Notes under the pieces: generated by a model
Databases searched by the model: none
What the model saw: the letters and a program-made list of their open reading frames with translations, nothing else
What the model was told of the DNA's origin: nothing
Assembly (NCBI GenBank): GCA_021827745.1
Contig: JAKAUI010000035.1
Span: 1,953 to 65,952, forward strand
DNA from: Bacillota bacterium
GTDB lineage: Bacteria > Bacillota > Sulfobacillia > JAJZYS01 > JAJZLH01
Direction of reading: 5' to 3'
DNA: 64,000 nucleotides
Shown: in pieces, positions 25,724 to 33,438 of the stretch
Layout of the letters: each line of letters begins with the position of its first letter
Position numbering within the stretch: position 1 is the first letter of the stretch
Program-made: the position numbers and the translations under genes

Positions 25724-25965
25724 CTCGGGGAGATCCGATCGCTGTACAGATCGTCCCTTCGCCAGGTGCGGGGCTGGTCGTCGACATCGCGACTGGCCCA
25801 GTCGCGAAGAAGTTCCTGCCACTTTGTGGTGGCCGCGTCGTCCTGCTGAAGGCGCAACGCGATGGCGTCACGCACCAGCGCACCTTCCGATCTGCCTGTC
25901 TGTTGAGAGAGGCGCTTTAACGCTTCGTCCTGGTCGCGGGGGATGAAGATCTGCTTTCGGATCAC
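25720..25965 (-). CDS. vapB: Ribbon-helix-helix (CopG-like) antitoxin VapB
   Basis: 81 aa: IRKQIFIPRDQDEALKRLSQQTGRSEGALVRDAIALRL. GTG start 6 nt after GAGGTGA. Confidence 0.75.
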   Translation of the reverse strand: MIRKQIFIPRDQDEALKRLSQQTGRSEGALVRDAIALRLQQDDAATTKWQELLRDWASRDVDDQPRTWRRDDLYSDRISPR

Positions 25966-25989
25966 AGCGGCTCACCTCATGTACACTAA

Positions 25990-26014
25990 ACCTACATCTA
26001 CTATATGTGTAGGT
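25990..26014 (-). promoter_or_regulatory. Candidate vapBC operator/promoter
   Basis: Perfect 7-bp inverted repeat ACCTACA(25990-96)/TGTAGGT(26008-14), enclosing a TATAGT-like -10 on the minus strand, about 25-50 nt upstream of vapB. Confidence 0.5.
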
Positions 26015-26292
26015 CTTGGCTGCTGCAAGATTGGGTTCGAGCATGGCACCGATTGCAGACGGTTCCCACGCCAGATCACTCCGCGTGTCCGCATGGTAGT
26101 CCCCGGGCGGCATGTCACGAGGTGACATGAGCGTATCGTTTAAGGTGAAACGGTGGGCGGAGAAACCCTCGGACGGTGCCCTAGGAATGGATCTTCCGCA
26201 TTTCGTCTCATCTTGGTTCACGCCGCTTGATGACCGTCTAGACTGGGCACCTCCACCAGATGCGGCCCTGCTCATCCCAGGGCAGCGATCAG
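26015..26292 (-). pseudogene. Decayed MazF/PemK-family toxin gene (several frameshifts and stops)
   Basis: Minus-strand pieces in three frames: PWDEQGRIWW | VEVPSLDGHQAA | KRREP | IPRAPSEGFSAHRFTLND. These follow the MazF pattern xxPxRGDIWWVDLDPxxGHEQxGxRPxxV...PxTSxxxxxPFHVxL. It sits directly after the AbrB/MazE-type gene. Confidence 0.5.
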
Positions 26293-26579
26293 GTTGTTGG
26301 CGTGGAGGACGACTCGGCGTTGTTTTCCCTCGCCCAGCGGATCGCCGTCTCGACTTCGCGGAGCGTCACGCCCTGTTCAGCGAATCTCTGCTCGGTGCGT
26401 GCCGCCAGCGTCGCGAAACGTTCAGCAGGGGAAATGGCCGCCCGCTCAAGCCGCAAGCCCTTCCCTTGGGGATAGAAGAGCACGTAGTCGCCGCCTCGCA
26501 GGCTCAACGCTTCGCGCATGGCCTTCGGGATGGTGAACTGCCCGCTCTTGGTGATCTTGGCGACGTAGGATCTTGCCAT
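26289..26579 (-). CDS. AbrB/SpoVT/MazE-type antitoxin-like DNA-binding protein
   Basis: ORF trimmed to ATG 26579 (RBS AAGGAAGGTGAGG). MARSYVAKITKSGQFTIPKAMREALSLRGGDYVLFY is a swapped-hairpin AbrB-fold motif. Confidence 0.75.
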   Translation of the reverse strand: MARSYVAKITKSGQFTIPKAMREALSLRGGDYVLFYPQGKGLRLERAAISPAERFATLAARTEQRFAEQGVTLREVETAIRWARENNAESSSTPTT

Positions 26580-26787
26580 GTGGGCCTCACCTTCCTTGCC
26601 ATCTGATCGTACCGCATGCGCCCGGGCGGGCAATCCTTCGACAGGATTCATGAGAAAGGGCCAGCGAACGGGTGACCGTTGCCTAGAGCGAGAGGACCGG
26701 TCTTTCGTCAGGACCGAATTGCCGGCCCCTGGCCCGCCGTCTGGAGCGGCGCCGCTGAGAGGGCCTCGCCCCGTCCGAGCGTATCGA

Positions 26788-27534
26788 TCAGGTGCGCCCG
26801 TAGCGATCCTCCAGACGGACCACGTCGTCCCCTTCCGGGCTGGACACCTCGATCAGCTGAAGATCCACTTGGGCGCTGATGCGGTGGACGGTGCCCGGCT
26901 TGAGCGTGACGGTGTATCCCGGCCCCGCCGCCACCTCGTCCTCTCCGATCTGGAATCGACCGTATCCAGCCACCACCCACAGTGTTTCCAGCTTCCTGCG
27001 GTGGTACTGCAGGGAGAGGGAGTGACCAGATCGGACTTCGATCAGCTTGCCTAGGTAGCGGTCGGTTACGGCCCACCAGATCTCCCGCCCCCACGGCTTT
27101 TCGACGACCCGTTCGGGGGCGGCGGCTGCGGTGGCAAGCGGACCGGCAGGGAGGTATCCGTCTTCGGCTGAACCCTCCCAGGCCCGAACACTCAGCCCGT
27201 CGCCCATAGCGCCGAGCGCCATCCGGCCTGGGATGCCGATGACCGATGCCGCCGGCAGGCTGGGGCACGCCTGGCGCACCTTATCGGTCAGGTCAGAACT
27301 GCAAAGCACGGTCACCGGCTGTGGCGGCTTTGCCGCCAGCACCCAGGCCATCGTGACCGAGAAGTGGCTTTGCCCCGAGATCAGCGGCTGTAGCGCATCC
27401 TCGCTCGCGACCTGGACCACAAAACCCACCCAACGCACCCCCGCTGATCGGTTGTACCAGGCCACGACGAACCGGAGCCGATTGTCCTCAAGGTGTCCTG
27501 GCGAGGTCCCTGCCTGCCAGGCAGGTCGCACCAA
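26788..27534 (-). CDS. Cupin-domain protein (type II phosphomannose-isomerase-like C-terminus) with an uncharacterised N-terminal region of about 130 aa
   Basis: C-terminus EKPWGREIWW...LSLQYHRRKLETLWVVAGYG...TVHRI...LIEVSSPEGDDVVRLEDRYGR parallels the ManC/PMI cupin. High GC3 through the N-terminal part supports the long form. Alternative starts at 27351 and 27222. Confidence 0.65.
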   Translation of the reverse strand: MVRPAWQAGTSPGHLEDNRLRFVVAWYNRSAGVRWVGFVVQVASEDALQPLISGQSHFSVTMAWVLAAKPPQPVTVLCSSDLTDKVRQACPSLPAASVIGIPGRMALGAMGDGLSVRAWEGSAEDGYLPAGPLATAAAAPERVVEKPWGREIWWAVTDRYLGKLIEVRSGHSLSLQYHRRKLETLWVVAGYGRFQIGEDEVAAGPGYTVTLKPGTVHRISAQVDLQLIEVSSPEGDDVVRLEDRYGRT

Positions 27535-27584
27535 GCCGGTCTGAGGTCCACGCCATCACACCGGAAGAGGGTGATGCGCCGTCC

Positions 27585-28502
27585 TCAGGTCGTTCGTCCA
27601 GTAACGACTGCCTGATGGGCGGCCCAGGCCGCACCGATCAGGGGCGCCGGCCCCCCCAGCTCTGCCGGGACGATTGGCAGCGGCAGGTTGGCTGCCCAGG
27701 CCCTCTTGTTCAGCACCCGTTCCATCCCTGGGCGCAAGAGGTCAAGACTCTGGGCCAAAGAACCGCCGACCACGACCAGCTCTGGATTGGCGACCTGCGC
27801 CCAGGCAGCGAGCCCGGCTCCCAGCGCCTCTCCGGCCTGCCGGTATACGACCTGGGCCAGGCGGTCGCCGGCGCGTGCCCGCGCCGCGACCGCCGCGGCG
27901 TCCAGGGCCTTTCTGCTCTTTGCCAGGTACTGTTTGGCGATGGCTGTGCCAGAGGCAATCGCCTCCACGCAGCCCAGCCGGCCGCAGCTGCAGCGCGGAC
28001 CAGTGCGCGAGACACTCAAATGGCCAATCTCGCCGGCTGCGCCGTTCTTTCCGAGCAGCGGCTGGCCGTCCACGATCAACCCGCCGCCGATGCCGGTGCC
28101 GAGCGTCAGGTAGGCGAAGGTGAAGCGGCCGCGGCCGGCGCCGAAGGCATATTCGCCGAGCCCGCCCATCAGGGCGTCGCGCTGGGCGACCACCGGTGCC
28201 TGAAGGTCAAGCCAGCGGCTGAAGTCGCCCACCGTAGAGCCGATCCAGCCAGGAGGCATGTTCGGGGCATGGGCCAGAGTGCCGGCCAAGACCGGACCCG
28301 GGAGCGAGATGCCGATCGCCTTGGGCGCCACCCCGAGCTGGCGGGCCATCTCGGCCAAGAGCGGCCCGATCGCCTCCATCTGGGATTGGGCACTCTCGCC
28401 AGAGGTGGGGCGGGCGTCATGTGCCAGCAGGTGGGCGCCGTCGACGATGGCGAAGGCGATCTTGGTGCCGCCGACGTCGATGGCGTACTCCAGGGCGCAC
28501 AC
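27585..28502 (-). CDS. ROK-family sugar kinase (glucokinase-like)
   Basis: YAIDVGGTKIAF, GAAGEIGH, zinc motif CSCGRLGCVEAIASG. The ORF-track GTG 28502 overlaps the AGGAGG RBS; in-frame CTG 28493 lies 8 nt after it. Confidence 0.85.
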   Translation of the reverse strand: MCALEYAIDVGGTKIAFAIVDGAHLLAHDARPTSGESAQSQMEAIGPLLAEMARQLGVAPKAIGISLPGPVLAGTLAHAPNMPPGWIGSTVGDFSRWLDLQAPVVAQRDALMGGLGEYAFGAGRGRFTFAYLTLGTGIGGGLIVDGQPLLGKNGAAGEIGHLSVSRTGPRCSCGRLGCVEAIASGTAIAKQYLAKSRKALDAAAVAARARAGDRLAQVVYRQAGEALGAGLAAWAQVANPELVVVGGSLAQSLDLLRPGMERVLNKRAWAANLPLPIVPAELGGPAPLIGAAWAAHQAVVTGRTT

Positions 28503-28626
28503 CTCCTGGAAGGGCAGATTCGATAGAGCCTTGGCCGGTCCCGGTCAGATCCCTGCCGAAGAGAACCCGGGGTTCGATGCCAACACGCAGGTGCCAAGAC
28601 GAGGGGTGAAGCGGTTGACGGAGTGG

Positions 28627-30002
28627 ATGGAGGAACTGGCCAGGATCATCCCTTCGGGCCAGATCAGCCAGAACCCGAGCGTGCTCGAACAGCATGCCAA
28701 GGACGAGTCGTATCACCCCGGCGTCTTGCCGGACGTGGTGGTTTACCCGGAGTCCGAGGCGGACGTGGTGGCGGTGATGAGCCTGGCCACAAGGTGTCTC
28801 GTCCCAGTGGTGGCCTTTGGGGTTGGCAGCGGCCTGGAGGGGCAGGTGGTGCCACTTTCGCACGGCATCTCGCTCGACACCTCCCGACTGAACCGGGTGC
28901 TCGAGGTCCGCCCTGGCGACTTCCTGGCCTGCGTCCAGCCCGGCGTCACCCGCCGCCAGCTGAACGAGCAGCTGGGTCGCCAGGGCTGTTCTTTCCGGTC
29001 GACCCTGGCGCCAACGCCTCTTTGGGCGGGATGGCGGCGACCGGCGCCAGCGGCACGACCACCGTCCGCTACGGCGGGATGCGCGAACATGTGCGGGCGC
29101 TGACTGTGGTCCTGGCAGACGGGCGGGTGATCCGCACCGGGTCGCTGGCCGCCAAGTCCTCGTCCGGACTGGACCTGACCCACCTGTTCGTGGGGTCGGA
29201 GGGCACGCTCGGCATCTTCACCGAACTCTGGGTCCGCATCTGGGGCATCCCAGAGGCCACCCTTGCCGCCCGTGCCGAGTTCAAGACGGTTGATCAAGCG
29301 GTCGCCGCCGCCACCGCCATCATCGGGGCCGGAGTGCCGGTCGTCAGGCTGGAACTGGTGGACGCGCCCTTCTTTCAGTACATCAACGCCTATGCGCACA
29401 CCGCCTTTGCGCTCTCGCCGACCCTGCTCCTGGAGTTTCGCGGCAGCCGCCTGGGCGCTCGCGCCGACCTCGCCGCGGCGAAGGACCTCGTGATGGAAGA
29501 AGGCTGCACCGTCTTTCAAGAGGTGGAAGATGCCGCCCGGCAGGGCGAGATGTGGGCGGCACGGCACAGCGCCGCCTTCGCCTTCATGGCAGCGCACCCC
29601 GGCCTCGGACATCTGGCCACCGATGTCTGCGTGCCGATCTCCAAGCTGGGGGAGGCGGTGGGCCGAGCCAAGGCGGCGCTCGCCGAGCTCAGGATGGAGG
29701 GGGCGATCTTGGGCCATGTCGGAGACGGCAACTTCCACGTCAGCCTGGCCGTGAATCCAAACGACCCAGCTGACCTCGCCCGGGCCGAGGCCTTGAGCGG
29801 ACGACTCGTCGATCATGCGCTTTCGGTCCAAGGCACCTGCACCGGCGAGCACGGGGTCGGAATCGGCAAACGCCGCTACCAGGACCGGGAGCATGGGCCG
29901 TCTTTGGCCGTGATGCGCAGCATGAAGGCACTGCTCGATCCAAAGGGCATCCTCAACCCCGGAAAGCTGGTCGACGCTGAGTCCGAGACCGCTGGCCGCT
30001 AG
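28627..30002 (+). pseudogene. GlcD-like FAD-linked oxidase (glycolate / D-lactate dehydrogenase family) interrupted by a 1-nt frameshift
   Basis: The N-terminal FAD_binding_4 part (MEELARIIPSGQIS...VVAFGVGSGLEGQ...QLNEQLGRQ) is in the frame of ORF 28258..29103. The remainder (GLFFPVDPGANASLGGMAATGASG...GEHGVGIGKR) is in the frame of ORF 28623..30002. The junction is at the GGG run 28983-28985. Confidence 0.8.
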
Positions 30003-30056
30003 GGCTATACTGGGAGCGGAATCCGAGCCTGGGCGGCAGCAGGGAGGCGACCTGAG

Positions 30057-30302
30057 ATGATGCACCACAGCGGCCTTGGGTTCGGGGCGGGCCTATTCGT
30101 CTTCTGGCTGTTCGGGTTGGCCGTGGTGGCGGGACTGATCTGGCTCATCTACAGCCTGGTGCTGAGGGCCGCCGAGAAGTGGCCACGGCGCACGGCGCCG
30201 GACGATGCCCTGGAGGTGGCCCGCCTGCGCTACGCCAGAGGGGAGATCGGGCAGGACGAGTTCCAGCGGCTGGTACAAGATCTCACCATCAAGAACCGCT
30301 GA
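30057..30302 (+). CDS. SHOCT-domain small membrane protein
   Basis: 81 aa. One TM (GLFVFWLFGLAVVAGLIWLIYSLV), then DALEVARLRYARGEIGQDEFQRLVQDL, which is the SHOCT pattern. Confidence 0.7.
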   Translation: MMHHSGLGFGAGLFVFWLFGLAVVAGLIWLIYSLVLRAAEKWPRRTAPDDALEVARLRYARGEIGQDEFQRLVQDLTIKNR

Positions 30303-30379
30303 GGGCAGTCTGCCTCAGGAAACAACGACGGTGGCACCCTGTTCAGGGTGCCACCGTCTGATCAGGCCGGAGACGGAGG

Positions 30380-31189
30380 CTAGGAGCCTGGGGCCGCCGG
30401 AATGGTGGAGCCGTACTGAACGTTGAAGCCGTCCGTGTCGCTGTCCGGCAAGGACGGAGTGGACACCTGGACCCGCTTTTGAATCATCACGCCGCCGTCG
30501 ACGGCGGCGAGGCCCGGGTTTATGCCGTTCGCCGTGCCAGGGTTGAAGGTGGCAAGCCCATAGTTGGCGAGGGTGGCCACATGGCCGCCGATGGTCGGGG
30601 CCTCTTGGATCCATTCGGCCGATGAGCCAGGGCCGCTGTAGGTCTGGGTGGTGGAGAAGGTCCAGCCCTGTGTGGCATCTGCGATGGTGATGGTCCAGGT
30701 GCCGCTCGCGTTCTTGACGATCGAGGCCGACATCTGGTCGCCCGGGCTGACCGGATCGCCAGTGATCACCGTCTCGGCGGCCGGCAGGATCTCCCACCAG
30801 GCGTCGTAGTGGGCGCTGCCCTGGTAGTAGTCCTGCTCGGTGCCGGTCTGGATCAGATCAGAGTTGTTGAAGCCGTCGATCCCCACCCAGCTTGAGGAGT
30901 AGGTGCTGCCGTGGCTGGGGGACACCGTCGGGACGGTCCAGGCGGCGGTGACCTGGGTGTAGGTGCCGCTGGAGAGGGCGTATCCGGACCAGTTGCTGGA
31001 GGCCCAGCCGAAGGGACTCGTGCTGCCGGATGAGCCGCCGTGGCCGTGCGACGTTCCAGGCACCGTCAGGGCGATGCGCGGCGCATGCGAGATCAGGGGG
31101 CCGGCCGCAGTGCCGACGACGCCGGCACCGGTTGCCGACAACAGGGCCATGGAGGCCAGTCCACAGGCGATGCGGCGAACAGAGACCAA
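30380..31189 (-). CDS. Secreted glutamic peptidase, family G1 (eqolisin / Peptidase_A4)
   Basis: ORF trimmed to TTG 31189, 4 nt after GGGAGGTGA; signal peptide present. SNWSGY, WVGIDGFNNSDLIQTG, YDAWWE and SSAEWIQEAP align with the scytalidoglutamic peptidase motifs WVGIDG...ILQTG (catalytic Gln) and AEWIVEDF (catalytic Glu). Confidence 0.8.
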   Translation of the reverse strand: MVSVRRIACGLASMALLSATGAGVVGTAAGPLISHAPRIALTVPGTSHGHGGSSGSTSPFGWASSNWSGYALSSGTYTQVTAAWTVPTVSPSHGSTYSSSWVGIDGFNNSDLIQTGTEQDYYQGSAHYDAWWEILPAAETVITGDPVSPGDQMSASIVKNASGTWTITIADATQGWTFSTTQTYSGPGSSAEWIQEAPTIGGHVATLANYGLATFNPGTANGINPGLAAVDGGVMIQKRVQVSTPSLPDSDTDGFNVQYGSTIPAAPGS

Positions 31190-31335
31190 TCGATCACCTC
31201 CCGGAAATTTGGCCTTGGTATTAGTCGCAGAAACTGCAATTCCTGCAATCTTAGGGCGGCACCAAGATCTGTTTTCAATCCCCCACACGGCGCACCAGTG
31301 AACGACTTGGTGGCTACGAGCGGCAAGGCGACCCC

Positions 31336-33306
31336 TTGCGAGGCCGCCCCAAGCTAGGCATGATACCGAGGGTCCCAGGTCTGTGCGGTGGAGGTCTTGC
31401 CTTGGCGCTCGGCTTTCGGCCCTTGGTCCACCGTGACGGCTTCTTGCCGATTGAGGACTACGGGTTGATCGGCAACCTTGAGACCTGCGCCCTGGTCGGC
31501 CGGGATGGTTCGATCGACTGGTGCTGCCTGCCCTACCTGGACTCGCCCAGTGTCTTTGCCGCCATCTTGGACAAGAAGAAGGGCGGGCGCTTTCTGGTCC
31601 AGCCAGAGGGCGAATTCAGCTCAACGCAGTCGTATCTGGCTGACACCAACATCCTGGTCACCGCCTTTGCGACCGCAGGCGGCGAGGCGGCAGTGACCGA
31701 CTTCATGCCGGTGATGGCCGGCAAGACCGATGACCAGCCGGTGCCCTGGGACCACCGGGCGATCCTGCGCGAAGTCGCCTGCAGCCGCGGCCAGGTGCGC
31801 CTGCACTGGGAATTCGCCCCGCAGCCGGACTACGGCCGCGGCGAGGTCGACTGGGAACGCCCACCCGGCGGCCTGGCGGCCATTGCCCCGGGGCTCGGCC
31901 GACTCTTTCTGCAGCTGCCGGGCGGGGCCGAAGTTCGGGGCGGACGAGCCCACGGCAGCTTCGTGTTGCAAGAGGGCGACAGCGTCTGGCTGGTGCTGCG
32001 CTACCAGGACCCGACTCCCTTGTCCGAGGCCGCCTGCCAGCAGCTCTTGGAGGACACGAAGGATCTCTGGGGCTCTTGGGTGCACAGCTGCGAGGGCCCC
32101 GGATGTGCCTTTGCCGGCCCGTGGCACGATCAGGTGGTGCGCTCGGAGCTGGTGCTGAAGCTCTTGACCCATCCCGAGACCGGCGCCATCGCGGCAGCAC
32201 CCACCACGTCTTTGCCGGAGGCTGTCGGCGGCGGCCGGAACTGGGACTACCGCTTCGCCTGGGTGCGAGACGCCTCGTTCACCGCCCAGGCCCTGTTCCA
32301 CATCGGACATCAGAGAGAGGCCCGCCAGTACTTTCGCTGGGTGCGCTCGATCTGGGCCAAGGACACTGACCCGGCCGACATCCAGACCATGTACAGCCTG
32401 GCCGGCGGCCGCGATCTGACCGAGTTTCAACTGGACCACCTGAGCGGCTATCGAAATTCCCGGCCGGTCCGGATCGGGAACCAGGCTGCCACCCAGCACC
32501 AGCTCGACATCTACGGCGAACTGATCAACGCCCTCTATGAGTTCACCCGCTACCCGCGAAACGGTGGGGTACCGGAGCGGGCCCTGGTCGAGGCGGAGTG
32601 GCCGATGATCCAGCGCATCACCGAGTATGTGGCAAGCTGCTGGCAAGAGCCGGACTCTGGAATCTGGGAGATGCGCGGCAAAGAGCAGCACTTCACCTAC
32701 TCCAAGCTGATGTCTTGGGTGGCCCTAGACCGCAGCATCCGCCTGGCCGAGCGCTGGCAGCTTCAGGCGCCGGTGGACCCATGGAAGCAGGAGCGGCGCA
32801 AGGTGCGGCGGGCGATCTTGGACCACTCCTTCAACCCGGAGCTGAACAGCTTCACCCAGGCCTTCGGATCGACCGTCCTGGACGCCTCCAATTTGCTGAT
32901 TCCGGTGATGGGCCTGGTCGGACACAGCGACCCGCGCGTGGTCGGCACCATCGATGCCACCATGTCCAAGCTGATGAGCCACGGGCTGGTCCACCGCTAT
33001 CTGGACGACGACGGGCTGTCCGGCCACGAAGGCGCCTTCCTGCTGTGCACCTTCTGGCTGGTCTCGGCCCTGGCTCTGGCCGGCCGGCAGCAGGAAGCGG
33101 AGCAGGTGTTCCAGGGCGTGCTGGACCGGATGGGGCCGCTTGGCCTTCTGGCCGAGGAGATGCACCCGGAGCTCGGATTGATGCTCGGCAACTACCCGCA
33201 GGCCTTCAGCCACATCGGGCTGATCAACAGCGCCCTCTACCTCGGGCGAAAGAGCCGGCCAGCGACGGTCGCCCCGGCTCCGATCGGCACCGATCTGCCG
33301 GCCTGA
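31336..33306 (+). CDS. Glycoside hydrolase family 15 (glucoamylase/trehalase-like)
   Basis: PIEDYGLIGNLETCALVGRDGSIDWCCLPYLDSPSVFAAIL, RNWDYRFAWVRDASF, FTYSKLMSWVALDR. Start uncertain (31336, 31360 or 31423). Confidence 0.85.
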   Translation: MRGRPKLGMIPRVPGLCGGGLALALGFRPLVHRDGFLPIEDYGLIGNLETCALVGRDGSIDWCCLPYLDSPSVFAAILDKKKGGRFLVQPEGEFSSTQSYLADTNILVTAFATAGGEAAVTDFMPVMAGKTDDQPVPWDHRAILREVACSRGQVRLHWEFAPQPDYGRGEVDWERPPGGLAAIAPGLGRLFLQLPGGAEVRGGRAHGSFVLQEGDSVWLVLRYQDPTPLSEAACQQLLEDTKDLWGSWVHSCEGPGCAFAGPWHDQVVRSELVLKLLTHPETGAIAAAPTTSLPEAVGGGRNWDYRFAWVRDASFTAQALFHIGHQREARQYFRWVRSIWAKDTDPADIQTMYSLAGGRDLTEFQLDHLSGYRNSRPVRIGNQAATQHQLDIYGELINALYEFTRYPRNGGVPERALVEAEWPMIQRITEYVASCWQEPDSGIWEMRGKEQHFTYSKLMSWVALDRSIRLAERWQLQAPVDPWKQERRKVRRAILDHSFNPELNSFTQAFGSTVLDASNLLIPVMGLVGHSDPRVVGTIDATMSKLMSHGLVHRYLDDDGLSGHEGAFLLCTFWLVSALALAGRQQEAEQVFQGVLDRMGPLGLLAEEMHPELGLMLGNYPQAFSHIGLINSALYLGRKSRPATVAPAPIGTDLPA

Positions 33307-33438
33307 CCCAAGCGAGCCGGGCCAAGGGCGGGGGCAGCGCCCTTGGCCCGATGGCCACGGTGCGTCCGGGGCGGGAACGGTCAAGACGGTCCTTGCGGCA
33401 CCGCCCTTGAGACCAAGGACACATGCTAAGATGCCAGC

